DNA of 64,000 nt from Sediminibacterium sp. GTDB lineage: Bacteria > Bacteroidota > Bacteroidia > Chitinophagales > Chitinophagaceae. Positions 26,318 to 36,349 of this stretch are shown here, in pieces. The DNA is taken from contig JBMSJE010000003.1 of the NCBI GenBank assembly GCA_049418605.1, positions 2,590-66,589 of the forward strand, read 5' to 3'. The notes under the pieces are model-generated. The model was not told the DNA's origin. It ran no database searches and saw only the letters and a list, made by a program, of their open reading frames with translations. The translations under genes were made by a program, and so were the position numbers. Numbering within the stretch: position 1 is the stretch's first letter; the number at the start of each line of letters is the position of its first letter.

Positions 26318-27370
26318 ATGGAACCGGATATTGATTTATTTAATGAAGAAGGTGCAGAAACCCTCTACGAGAGAAAAACCTTTGTCATAGACAAGGGACA
26401 AGAACCCTTTCGTATAGACAAGTGGGTTCAAACCCACATGGAAGGTGCCACCCGAAGCAAGGTTCAACAAAGTATTGAAGCCGGTTTTTTAACGGTTAAC
26501 GGTAAAAATATTAAAAGCAACTATAAGGTAAGGCCGGGAGACGAGATTTTAATCATGAGTTTGGTGAATCCAGAAACACATGCGTTAAAACTAGAAGACA
26601 TTCCACTCAATATTGTTTACGAAGATGACGCCGTGATGGTGATTAACAAACCAGCTAATATGGTGGTTCATCCGGGCGTTGGAAATTATACGGGCACCCT
26701 TTTAAATGGTGTGGCTTATTATTTACAACAACAAAATCCAAACATCAACGAACAATCATTGCCACGTTTTGGTCTTGTACACCGTATCGATAAAAACACA
26801 ACCGGACTCATTGTACTAGCAAAAACTGCCGAAGCGGCAGCACATTTAGCCAAACAATTTTTTAACCATACCGTAGAAAGAAAATATACGGCGCTTGTTT
26901 GGGGTGATGTCATAGAAGACAATGGAACTATTGAAGCCCATATTGCGCGCCACAAACAAAACCGAAAAACCTTTGACGCATACCCAGAAGGTGATATAGG
27001 CAAAAACGCCATTACCCATTACACTGTTTTAGAGCGGTTTAATTATGTTACGCTTATTAGTTGTGTATTAGAAACCGGTCGAACGCATCAAATACGCGTA
27101 CACTTAAAACATATTGGACACACTTTATTTAATGACCAAGAATACGGCGGAGACCGCATTTTAAAAGGCACTATTTATACCAAGTACAAACAGTTTGTAG
27201 ACAATTGTTTTGATGCATGCCCTAGATGCGCACTCCATGCTACTACACTTGGCTTTGTACATCCTGTCTCCAACGAATTCATAAAATTTGAAGCACCTAT
27301 TCCATCAGATATGCTAACAGCCGTTGATAAATGGAGAGGGTATGTACAAAATAAAACACGCACCGAATAG
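26318..27370 (+). CDS. rluD: RluA/RluD-family 23S rRNA pseudouridine synthase
   Basis: S4 domain plus the catalytic HRIDKNTTGL motif. The ATG at 26318 is chosen because the ORF-track start would overlap the lipB 5' end. Confidence 0.9.
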   Translation: MEPDIDLFNEEGAETLYERKTFVIDKGQEPFRIDKWVQTHMEGATRSKVQQSIEAGFLTVNGKNIKSNYKVRPGDEILIMSLVNPETHALKLEDIPLNIVYEDDAVMVINKPANMVVHPGVGNYTGTLLNGVAYYLQQQNPNINEQSLPRFGLVHRIDKNTTGLIVLAKTAEAAAHLAKQFFNHTVERKYTALVWGDVIEDNGTIEAHIARHKQNRKTFDAYPEGDIGKNAITHYTVLERFNYVTLISCVLETGRTHQIRVHLKHIGHTLFNDQEYGGDRILKGTIYTKYKQFVDNCFDACPRCALHATTLGFVHPVSNEFIKFEAPIPSDMLTAVDKWRGYVQNKTRTE

Positions 27371-27381
27371 TGCGTGTTTTA
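27353..27381. terminator. bidirectional terminator between convergent rluD and the BNR-repeat gene
   Basis: AAAACACGCA (27353-27362) pairs with TGCGTGTTTT (27371-27380). The rluD stop codon lies in the loop. Confidence 0.75.
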
Positions 27382-27404
27382 TAAAAGATATCACTAAAAT
27401 TTTT

Positions 27405-29891
27405 TTACTTCTTTGAGGCCGCTTTTTGCAAAGCAGTTAATGGAGCAATGTATAAGCTCCTTCCGTGTGTACCTAAAATAATTTCATTGTCACGCGGATG
27501 AACTACAATATCATGAACAGGCACACTTGCAGGTAACCCCTTATTCCACATCATAGAGCTGTTACCTCCATCCAAACTTACATAAAGGCCACCATCTGTA
27601 CCAACGTATAAAACGTTTTCGTTGGCAACGTCCTCTTTAATAACATTTACAGGCTCCATAGGAAGGTCTTTCATGATTTGCTTCCAAGTGGCACCATAAT
27701 CGTCAGAACGGTATACATAAGCGTTAAAATGGTCGTTACGGTAGCCATTTAAAGTAACATACACACGCGCTTCATTAAAAGCACTCGCTACTACCCTGCT
27801 TACATACAATCCTTTTGGTAAACCTTTATTGAGTAATGAAAAAGTATAACCACCATCTTTAGTAACCTGAACATTACCATCATCAGAACCTACATATATA
27901 AGTCCAAATTTGATAGGGCTTTCACTCATGGTGGTTAGCGTTCCAAATGGAACATCACCTTGCGCTGGGTTAGTGGTTAAATCGGCACTGAGTGTTACTA
28001 AACTATCACCTCTGTTAAATGAACGGTGAAATTTATTACTTCCATAATAAAATACATCTTGGTTGTGTCTACTTAATAAAATAGGTGTTTGCCAGTTGTA
28101 ACGTAGCGCTGTTTCACCTAAGTCACGAGAAGGTCTAACCGATTTTCTTTCTTTGGTTAAAAGGTTTTGACGAGAATAGGCCCCAAATTGAGATCCGCTA
28201 TAAATGGTTTTATTGTCTCTAAAATCTACTTGTACTTGCATACCATCACCACCATTGATGCCGGTAAATGGATTATGTCCACTATCATACCAATCATAAT
28301 TTTCTTTATTCGTACTTGAACCATACCATGTACCATTGTCTTGTAAACCACCATACACATTATATGGCCTCGCCATATCCACTGCAATATTGTAAAACTG
28401 TCCAACAGCAGGCGTATTGGCTTTAAACCAATGCTCACCATCATCATAGGTAATATTACATCCACCGTCATTTCCTAAAATCATATGGCTATCACGCTTT
28501 CCATTCATCCAAACATAGTGATGATCGGAATGCACGTTTTCTTTTCCAATTTCTTTAAAGTTTTTCCCACCATCGGTACTTAACACTACACCAACACCCG
28601 TTAATACAATTTTATTAGCATTGGTTGGGCTTACAAATACTTTACCAAAATAATAACCGTAGGTACTATATATACCAATGGTTTTATCATGTGTTTTTTT
28701 CCAGCTTGCGCCACCATCATCGCTACGGTATAATTCGGCACCATAAATTGGCGTTTCAAATAAAGCGGTATTGGCATCATATAAATAATCCCAAATACAA
28801 GTGGGTGCCAAAGTTCCATTTTGTACAGCCTCCTTAATACTAGCAGCTGTATATTTTGTAGGCAGTTGGTTACGCGGCGATTTAACAAATGCATTTAATT
28901 TTTTATCATCAAGTGCAGCAAATTGTTCTTTGCTTAAATCTTTGAAATCTCTTAACACATAGCGCGTAGTATCGGTCGTGCTTTTTAATGCCGTTTCTGG
29001 TTGATGAAAATTATTATCAACAACCGCAAATACAGTATTAGGGTTTTGAGGATATACGGCTAAACCAATTCTCCCAACACCATCACCATTTGGAAATCCA
29101 GAACTTGGTGTATTGATTTGTTTCCAAGTATTACCACCGTCTGTACTTTTATAAATACCACTGGTTTTGCCAGACTCTTCAAAGTTAGAAGCCGTTCTAG
29201 TTTTATACCACATAGCAGCATATAATACAGATGGATTTTTTGAGTCGATATCTACATCAACGGCTCCTGTATTGGCATCTACATATAAAGTTTGATTCCA
29301 AGTTTTACCACCATCTGTAGTTTTGTAAACACCACGTTCTTTATTTGGTGAATACAAGTGACCGAGGGCAGCCACCCACGCTGTGTTTGGCTCCGCTTCA
29401 TTGATTATAATTTTTCCAATGTGATGACTTTCCGGAAGCCCAAGGTAATCCCAAGATTTACCACCATTGCTGGATTTATAAACACCAATACCAGCATAGG
29501 ATGATCTACTACTATTTACTTCACCAGTACCAACCCAAATAATATTACTTTTCCAATTCACCGCTATCGCACCAATGGTTAAAATAGCTTCTGAATCAAA
29601 TACCGATGTAAAACTTTGACCATTATTAATGGTATGCCATAAACCCCCTGTTGCATACGCCACATAAAAATTGGTGGGATCTTCTGGGTTAACAGCCATG
29701 TCAACAACCCTTCCACTCATTACAGTTGGTCCAATATTTCTAAACGCAGTTCCATTAATAGTGGATGCATCTAGTAATTTTTTACGTTGTTCTAACGAGG
29801 ATAACCTTTCCGAGGCAGGCGTAGGTTTAATTTGAGCAGTGGCAAACAAAGACATTGTTAGCAAAAGGCAAAAACTGAGTATTTTTCTCAT
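27405..29891 (-). CDS. secreted BNR/Asp-box repeat (sortilin/VPS10-like) glycosyl-hydrolase-like protein
   Basis: 828 aa with a signal peptide. Many S-x-D-x-G-x-T-W Asp-boxes (SNGGKSW, TDGGKTW, TDGGNTW, DDGGASW, TDGGKNF, DDYGATW). Confidence 0.8.
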   Translation of the reverse strand: MRKILSFCLLLTMSLFATAQIKPTPASERLSSLEQRKKLLDASTINGTAFRNIGPTVMSGRVVDMAVNPEDPTNFYVAYATGGLWHTINNGQSFTSVFDSEAILTIGAIAVNWKSNIIWVGTGEVNSSRSSYAGIGVYKSSNGGKSWDYLGLPESHHIGKIIINEAEPNTAWVAALGHLYSPNKERGVYKTTDGGKTWNQTLYVDANTGAVDVDIDSKNPSVLYAAMWYKTRTASNFEESGKTSGIYKSTDGGNTWKQINTPSSGFPNGDGVGRIGLAVYPQNPNTVFAVVDNNFHQPETALKSTTDTTRYVLRDFKDLSKEQFAALDDKKLNAFVKSPRNQLPTKYTAASIKEAVQNGTLAPTCIWDYLYDANTALFETPIYGAELYRSDDGGASWKKTHDKTIGIYSTYGYYFGKVFVSPTNANKIVLTGVGVVLSTDGGKNFKEIGKENVHSDHHYVWMNGKRDSHMILGNDGGCNITYDDGEHWFKANTPAVGQFYNIAVDMARPYNVYGGLQDNGTWYGSSTNKENYDWYDSGHNPFTGINGGDGMQVQVDFRDNKTIYSGSQFGAYSRQNLLTKERKSVRPSRDLGETALRYNWQTPILLSRHNQDVFYYGSNKFHRSFNRGDSLVTLSADLTTNPAQGDVPFGTLTTMSESPIKFGLIYVGSDDGNVQVTKDGGYTFSLLNKGLPKGLYVSRVVASAFNEARVYVTLNGYRNDHFNAYVYRSDDYGATWKQIMKDLPMEPVNVIKEDVANENVLYVGTDGGLYVSLDGGNSSMMWNKGLPASVPVHDIVVHPRDNEIILGTHGRSLYIAPLTALQKAASKK

Positions 29892-29936
29892 AGTGGTACT
29901 TATAATTTGTATTTTTAAGTGATTAAATGTAAGAAA

Positions 29937-30629
29937 ATGCGCCTTCTTTTTGTCCTTTTTTGTATAATATTTTACAGCAGTGTTTACGGGCAGTGTAAAA
30001 CCTTTCGAATCACTTCAAAAGGCGATACCCTTAATTGCACCGAAGCCGGTGGGCTAAAAAGAGGCAAATGGAAAATAGAAATACCCCCCATTAGAGGTGA
30101 AAGAGGCTACGTAGAAGAAGGGGTCTTTGTAAACGATAAAAAAGAAGGTACTTGGCGCCGTTTTAATTTAATGGGAGATCCAATCGCGATCGAAAACTAT
30201 AAATGGGGATTAAAAAATGGGTTGTGTACCTATTTAACCATTCAAGGTATTGAAAGAGAAGAATCTTGGAAAGCCATTGACCCTTCTAAACCTTACGATA
30301 CCATTGACGTGCAGGATATCAACAATCCTAATGTATATGAAAAGGTAATTGTTAAAACAACTGGGGCATCTTTAAAACATGGTACATGGAAAATTTATGA
30401 TCCCTACACCGGTCAACGTTTAAGAACCGAAAACTGGATATTAGATGTTTTACAAGAGCCTACTCAAAAAAAAGAAGACAATTCCAGCACAGATAATGTC
30501 CCGTCAAATTTGAGCACCCCTAAATCAAAGGCTGATACAGCAACTAAAAAAGTGATCCCCAAAGAGGTACTAGAATTTCAAAAGAAAAATAAAGGCAAAA
30601 AGTATGTGGATGGTAAAACAGGCGGATAA
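29937..30629 (+). CDS. secreted MORN-variant / YwqK-like repeat protein
   Basis: Signal peptide from the ATG at 29937. Repeated G-x-W-x-x-Y/F motifs (GKWKIE, GTWRRF, GLCTYL, GTWKIY) and a Lys-rich tail. Confidence 0.6.
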   Translation: MRLLFVLFCIIFYSSVYGQCKTFRITSKGDTLNCTEAGGLKRGKWKIEIPPIRGERGYVEEGVFVNDKKEGTWRRFNLMGDPIAIENYKWGLKNGLCTYLTIQGIEREESWKAIDPSKPYDTIDVQDINNPNVYEKVIVKTTGASLKHGTWKIYDPYTGQRLRTENWILDVLQEPTQKKEDNSSTDNVPSNLSTPKSKADTATKKVIPKEVLEFQKKNKGKKYVDGKTGG

Positions 30630-30633
30630 ATAA

Positions 30634-31458
30634 TTATTTGATAGCCTCCGTAAATTTTTTACTAAAAAATTGTAGCTGAAAATCGATACTGTTACTCCAA
30701 TAAGCTTTGTTGTGGCCTCCTGGTCTTTCGGTGTAATCGTGATCTATTTTATTTGTAAGCAGCAACTGATGTAAAGAACGGTTTACATCAATAAAAAAAT
30801 CTGAAACCCCACAATCAAAAATGATATTTAATTGTCCTGGCTTACAATTTTTAGCAATATTTATCACTGAATAATCTTGCCAGTTTTGAGGTTGCTCAAT
30901 AATGGTACCTAATGATTTTTTGATATCCCAACTATTTGGAAACGGCCTAATATCTACACCCCCACAAACACTACCTGCATTTCCAAATAAATTTGGGTGA
31001 CGCATACCTAAAAAAAGTCCACCATGCCCTCCCATACTTAACCCAGTTATGGCTCGGTGGTCTTTATGTGCAGAAGAAGGATAACGCGTATCAATATAAG
31101 GCAGTAACTCCTTTGTAATAAATGTTTCATATTTGATAGAATCGTTAATGGGACTATCATAATACCAGCTACCATATCCCCCATCAGGACAAACAAGCAT
31201 AACTTGATATTGATCGGCCCTAGATTGTAACTGTGGCGCATCTTTTAACCAACTCCCATAATTCCCACTATATCCGTGTAGCAAATAAACAACTGGAAAT
31301 TTAACCCCCGCTTGACCAGCAGCATTGTCCGGAATAACAACTGCAATTTTTATATTTTTATGCATCGCATTACTATACACTATAATTGTATCAACGCGAG
31401 CGGCATTTGAAGTGATCGCAAAAAATAAACATACAAAAATGGAAACAATGTTTTTCAT
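30634..31458 (-). CDS. alpha/beta-hydrolase esterase (esterase D / CE1-like)
   Basis: Signal peptide and GLSMGGHG nucleophile elbow. 274 aa. Confidence 0.85.
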   Translation of the reverse strand: MKNIVSIFVCLFFAITSNAARVDTIIVYSNAMHKNIKIAVVIPDNAAGQAGVKFPVVYLLHGYSGNYGSWLKDAPQLQSRADQYQVMLVCPDGGYGSWYYDSPINDSIKYETFITKELLPYIDTRYPSSAHKDHRAITGLSMGGHGGLFLGMRHPNLFGNAGSVCGGVDIRPFPNSWDIKKSLGTIIEQPQNWQDYSVINIAKNCKPGQLNIIFDCGVSDFFIDVNRSLHQLLLTNKIDHDYTERPGGHNKAYWSNSIDFQLQFFSKKFTEAIK

Positions 31459-31471
31459 AAGCTTGGTTTAA

Positions 31472-31509
31472 TAAAAAAAAGCCACTTGAAGATAATTCAA
31501 GTGGCTTTA
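31472..31509 (-). terminator. Rho-independent terminator after the M1 peptidase gene
   Basis: Minus strand AAGCCACUUGAA-UUAUC-UUCAAGUGGCUU followed by U8. Confidence 0.85.
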
Positions 31510-31527
31510 ATATCAGGTGATATTTAC

Positions 31528-33915
31528 TTATTTTTTCTTTTCCTGAGCAGCTTGCATTGGATTTAAACCAAATGATTGGCCTCTACCCATTGTACGTTGC
31601 TTGAACAAAGTAAACTTGCTAGGTTCTACACTTACATTTCCCCAGAAGTTATTCGTTTCATTGATATCTGCGGTTTCACGCATAGGATCAAGTTTAATAC
31701 TTGATACTTCTTTTCGAGACATAAATACGCGCGATACTTTATTTTCATTTTTACGCCAAATTTGTGCACCAATGCGCTCTGTTTCTTTAGTACCATCTTT
31801 GTACGTAAACTCAACAATAATAGGCATTACAAGTCCACCCTTATTGCTAAAAGTAATTTCATATAAATGCACATTGCTATAACTTGCTTTTTCTTCGTCA
31901 GACAATGCTTCTGGTGTACCAAAAGAAGGCATGCTATTTTTAGTTTCAGCATCATAAGGCTCAATACCTCTTGCATAACGCCAGTAGAAATCTCTTAAAG
32001 AAGTATCTGCATCAGTAGCAAAAATAATTGACTTGTCTTCTCTGTTTCTAATTTTAGAAATATCCTCAAAGCTATTTAGCGTTGGCTTATCCATTGACAT
32101 TTTCATGCCACCTGCTCTATTACCCATACCACCTGCTCCACGTGCTTGCGCAGCTGCATCATATACTGCATGGGCTACGGTATCAATGGCGATATCACAC
32201 GCTTCGATACTATAAAACCAACCTCTCCAAAACCAATCTAAATCTACCGCACTAGCATCTTCCATGGTTCTAAATAAATCGGCAGGGGTTGGATGTTTAA
32301 ATGCCCAACGTCTAGCATATTCTCTAAATGAAAAATCAAATAATTCTCGGCCCATGATGGTTTCACGCAAGATGTTTAAACCTGTACCAGGCTTTGAATA
32401 TGCGTTAGGACCAAACTGGATAATATTTTCACTGTTGGTCATAATTGGCTCTAACTGATCTTTTGGCGCTTTCATATAATCCACAATACCAAAAGCAGGT
32501 CCTCTACGTGAAGGATATTTATTATCAAATAATTCCTCAGTTAAATATTCAACAAAGGTATTTAAACCTTCATCCATCCAAGACCATTGACGCTCATCAG
32601 AGTTCACAATCATTGGGAAGAAATTATGGCCTACTTCATGAATAATAACACCAATCATACCAAGCTTTGTTGCTTCACTGTACGTACCATCTTTGTTGGT
32701 ACGACCATTGTTAAAACAAATCATTGGATATTCCATACCGTTTGAAGCCTCAATACTTTGCGCAACAGGATATGGGTAAGGGATTGAAAATTTAGAATAA
32801 GAGCGAATGGTATGCGCTACTACTTTAGTTGAATATCTTCTCCATAAATTATAGGCTTCTTTTGGATAACCACTCATACACATTACTTTCTTACCTTCTA
32901 CATATGTTGGCATCGCGTCCCATATAAACTTACGGCTTGCAGTCCAAGCAAAGTCACGCACATTGTCTGCTTTAAACACCCAAGTTTTTTTAGCCGTACT
33001 TTTTTGTTTTTCAGCATTTTTTGCTTCTTCAAGTGTTACTAATTCTACTACATCTTTTGCAGTTTGGGCCGTTTTCCAACGTGCCAACTGCGCTGGTGTT
33101 AAAACCTGTGCATAGTTTTGACACTCACCAGTACCCATGATAACATGGTCGGCAGGTGCAGTGATAGATACATTGTAATTACCAAAGGTTAAAGCAAATT
33201 CGCCTCTACCAGTAAACTGGTGATTTTGCCAACCCTGAAAATCAGAGTAAACGCAAAGTCTTGGAAACCACTGTGCCATAGTAAATACGCTATTACCATC
33301 TTCAGGGAATAATTCATAACCACCTCTGCCTCTAAATACCATACGGTCAGAAATTTTATAAGACCAAGTGATATTGAATACAAACTTTTGACCAGGTTGT
33401 AAAGTTGTAGGCAAATCAACACGCATCATGGTTTGGTTGATGGTGTATTTTAAAGCCTTACCAGTAGCATCTGTAATTTTAGAAATAATATGTCCATAGC
33501 CATTGTCTTTTTTTGCATCTTCTAACGCTTTAATTGAAGCTTGAGAAACCTGACGAAGAGAACTTCCGTCCTGAAAATCAGCCTTGTTTACCGTGCTATG
33601 CTCATTTTCATCAAGCTGCAACCATAAATACGTTAACGCATCCGGAGAGTTGTTGAAATAGGTAATTGTTTCGCTTCCCTTTAATAAAAGGTTGGCTTCA
33701 TCAAGTTCACACTTGATGTTGTAATCGGCACGTTGTTGCCAATATTTAGGCCCAGGTGCACCGCTCGCTGTACGATACTCATTGGGCGTAGATAAAATGG
33801 TTCCTAACTGCTCAAACTTGTTTCCGTGGTTTGAGGTTGGGTTGTTTTGAATGTTTTGCGCAATAGAAACAGTGCTCACTGCAACAAACATTAAAAATGC
33901 AAAAAATTGCTTCAT
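31528..33915 (-). CDS. M1 family zinc metallopeptidase (aminopeptidase N-like)
   Basis: 795 aa with a signal peptide. GMEYP exopeptidase motif and HEVGHNFF...WMDEGLNTF zinc site. Confidence 0.9.
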   Translation of the reverse strand: MKQFFAFLMFVAVSTVSIAQNIQNNPTSNHGNKFEQLGTILSTPNEYRTASGAPGPKYWQQRADYNIKCELDEANLLLKGSETITYFNNSPDALTYLWLQLDENEHSTVNKADFQDGSSLRQVSQASIKALEDAKKDNGYGHIISKITDATGKALKYTINQTMMRVDLPTTLQPGQKFVFNITWSYKISDRMVFRGRGGYELFPEDGNSVFTMAQWFPRLCVYSDFQGWQNHQFTGRGEFALTFGNYNVSITAPADHVIMGTGECQNYAQVLTPAQLARWKTAQTAKDVVELVTLEEAKNAEKQKSTAKKTWVFKADNVRDFAWTASRKFIWDAMPTYVEGKKVMCMSGYPKEAYNLWRRYSTKVVAHTIRSYSKFSIPYPYPVAQSIEASNGMEYPMICFNNGRTNKDGTYSEATKLGMIGVIIHEVGHNFFPMIVNSDERQWSWMDEGLNTFVEYLTEELFDNKYPSRRGPAFGIVDYMKAPKDQLEPIMTNSENIIQFGPNAYSKPGTGLNILRETIMGRELFDFSFREYARRWAFKHPTPADLFRTMEDASAVDLDWFWRGWFYSIEACDIAIDTVAHAVYDAAAQARGAGGMGNRAGGMKMSMDKPTLNSFEDISKIRNREDKSIIFATDADTSLRDFYWRYARGIEPYDAETKNSMPSFGTPEALSDEEKASYSNVHLYEITFSNKGGLVMPIIVEFTYKDGTKETERIGAQIWRKNENKVSRVFMSRKEVSSIKLDPMRETADINETNNFWGNVSVEPSKFTLFKQRTMGRGQSFGLNPMQAAQEKKK

Positions 33916-33926
33916 AGCATAATGGA

Positions 33927-34520
33927 TTAAAGATGAAAATACCGCTCAATGGCCATTTGAAGAGAAAGTGCAAGAATGCCACCGCTGACAATTAAAATAA
34001 AATCTCTTCGGGGAGCCTTTAAAAGCGTTACGAATATAAATGAAATTACTAAAATAGCCATCACTATAAGAATTTGGCCTATTTCAAGCCCCAAATTAAA
34101 GGCCAGTAAGGCTGGAGCTATATTTTGCTGGATGCCCAACAAGCTTTTTAGGTAAAAACTAAATCCTAACCCGTGAATAAGCCCAAAAAATAGGGCAAAA
34201 AAGTAGATGACTGGTAATTTGGTTTTAAAGCTAAACTTTTTAACAAACATATTACTAATTGATGTAATAAGTATTGTCACTGGAATTAAAAACTCAATCC
34301 AATTAGTAGAGAAATCAAGGTAATTAAACACGCTTAAAATAAGGGTAATCGAATGCCCTATTGTAAACGCTGTAATCAAGATCAACCATTTTTTCCAATC
34401 AGAAAATTGATACCGAATACATAAAGCAGCTACAAACAAAATATGATCTATGCCAGATAAATTGGCGATATGATTGAATCCTATTTGTGCATACATCCAA
34501 AACTCATGCATAAAAGTCAA
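33927..34520 (-). CDS. HupE/UreJ family membrane protein
   Basis: 197 aa, about 6 TM. N-terminal His-containing motif and GHSITL. Ends 11 nt upstream of the M1 peptidase gene. Confidence 0.8.
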   Translation of the reverse strand: MTFMHEFWMYAQIGFNHIANLSGIDHILFVAALCIRYQFSDWKKWLILITAFTIGHSITLILSVFNYLDFSTNWIEFLIPVTILITSISNMFVKKFSFKTKLPVIYFFALFFGLIHGLGFSFYLKSLLGIQQNIAPALLAFNLGLEIGQILIVMAILVISFIFVTLLKAPRRDFILIVSGGILALSLQMAIERYFHL

Positions 34521-34557
34521 TTTTTAGTTAGACATTTGTTATCTAGATTAGGTCACT

Positions 34558-35046
34558 ATGGTAAATATACTAATTCATTGGACGCTCACAAGCCTTCTCG
34601 CAATATTGCACCCATTTTTTGTATCTGTCATCGATATTACCCATAATCCAAAAGAAAGGAGCATTGAAATGAGTGTGCGCATTTTTAATGAAGATTTAGA
34701 AAAAACCCTTCAAAAATACACGTCTACTAAAATAGATATTTTACAACCTGCCAACAGAGATGTTGTAAATGAAGAAATTCAAAAATACATTTCTAAACAC
34801 CTAACAGTTATAGTAAATGGCAAACCCATTAGTTATAAAATTATTGGCTTTGAACAGCAAAAAGAAAGTACCTGGTGTTATTTTGAAGCACAAAATATTA
34901 ATAGTGCCAATACAGTGGGGATAGACTGTGACATACTCTATGATCTAGAAAACACCCAAGTAAATATCATACATGTAAAAAGTAAAGGGACAGAAAAAAC
35001 CTACAAATTAGACTACCCTAATAGAACCGCGAATTTTACTTTCTAA
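34558..35046 (+). CDS. conserved hypothetical protein (possibly DUF6702-like)
   Basis: 162 aa. N-terminal HPFFVSVIDITHN motif as I recall for that family. No catalytic motif recognised. Confidence 0.5.
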   Translation: MVNILIHWTLTSLLAILHPFFVSVIDITHNPKERSIEMSVRIFNEDLEKTLQKYTSTKIDILQPANRDVVNEEIQKYISKHLTVIVNGKPISYKIIGFEQQKESTWCYFEAQNINSANTVGIDCDILYDLENTQVNIIHVKSKGTEKTYKLDYPNRTANFTF

Positions 35047-36324
35047 TCAATCCTCTTCGCTAAGCGTAACTAGAATTTTATCAATGCGGTGTTGATCCAT
35101 ATCCACAATTTCAAACGTAAAAGTCTTCCAAGAAAGTGTTTCGCCAGTTTTTGGAATTTTTTCCAATGAATGAATGATAAAACCTGCAAGTGTATCAAAT
35201 TCTTGATCACCTTGCAGCATGAATTCTGTTTTATCGAAATAACTAAGAAAATCATAAAAAGGAAGTTGCGCATCAATTAAAAAAGAACCATCAGCTCTTT
35301 TTAAAATTTCAAAATCATGATCTTCCTCTTGTGGTATATCGCCTACAATAGCTTCTAGTATATCGTTTAGTGTAATCAACCCCTCTATCGATCCATATTC
35401 ATTGACAATGAAGCAGTGGTGTATTTTTGATTGCTTGAAACTTTCTAGAACCTGATACGCAGAGTTATTTTCAGGCACATATTTTGCATCTTTCGAAATT
35501 TCACTAACCAGTTGTGCGCCATCGGCAACAAATAAATCTTTAAGTGATACAACTCCTTTAATTTGATCTATACTTCCTTCACAAACGGGATATATCGAAT
35601 GTAAGTTTTCAGGCATCTGTGCCCTAACTTGCGCAACTGTTTTAGTGGATTCTAACCATAAAATATCACTTCGATGTGTCATCAGTGATGTGATATTTCT
35701 GTCACTTAAATGAAATACCCTTTCTATGATTTCTTGCTCCGCTTCCTCAATCGTTCCTTGCTCGGTACCTTCACTAATGATGGCCTTAATTTCTTCTTCT
35801 GTTACTTGATTGTCATTGGGCTTCATACGCAAAATGCGCATGATCAAATGAGACGATGCGCTCAGCAACCATGTAAATGGATACATGATATATGTAACTG
35901 ATTGCATCACCACCGAAACCGATTTTGCAATGCCTTCTGGATTGCTTAATCCAATTCGCTTGGGCACAAGTTCACCAAGCACCAAAGAAACATAGGTTAA
36001 GAGTATTACAATGATGAGTGTCGCAATTGTTTGTGCATAAGGCGCAATGATTGCAAATTGAGTGAGCCAATTTTGTAGCGGTTCTTTAAAAGTGCCGCCC
36101 GAATAAATACCCGTTAAAACACCCACAAGGGTAATACCAATTTGTATGGTAGATAAAAATGTGTCGGGATGATTGGCTAATTTAAGTGCACGCTTAGCAT
36201 CTAGATCTCCTTTATCTGCCTGAGCCTCTAACCTTGCCTTTCGCGCAGAAACTAGCGCAATTTCGGCCATAGAAAAGAACCCATTAATAAGTATCAGTCC
36301 TAGAATTATAAAAATCTCTGTCAT
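35047..36324 (-). CDS. hemolysin/CNNM family protein (DUF21 - CBS pair - CorC_HlyC)
   Basis: 425 aa. Four N-terminal TM helices, tandem CBS domains and a C-terminal CorC/HlyC domain. Confidence 0.9.
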   Translation of the reverse strand: MTEIFIILGLILINGFFSMAEIALVSARKARLEAQADKGDLDAKRALKLANHPDTFLSTIQIGITLVGVLTGIYSGGTFKEPLQNWLTQFAIIAPYAQTIATLIIVILLTYVSLVLGELVPKRIGLSNPEGIAKSVSVVMQSVTYIMYPFTWLLSASSHLIMRILRMKPNDNQVTEEEIKAIISEGTEQGTIEEAEQEIIERVFHLSDRNITSLMTHRSDILWLESTKTVAQVRAQMPENLHSIYPVCEGSIDQIKGVVSLKDLFVADGAQLVSEISKDAKYVPENNSAYQVLESFKQSKIHHCFIVNEYGSIEGLITLNDILEAIVGDIPQEEDHDFEILKRADGSFLIDAQLPFYDFLSYFDKTEFMLQGDQEFDTLAGFIIHSLEKIPKTGETLSWKTFTFEIVDMDQHRIDKILVTLSEED

Positions 36325-36349
36325 TGATGAAGTATCGTTTGATGTAAGT

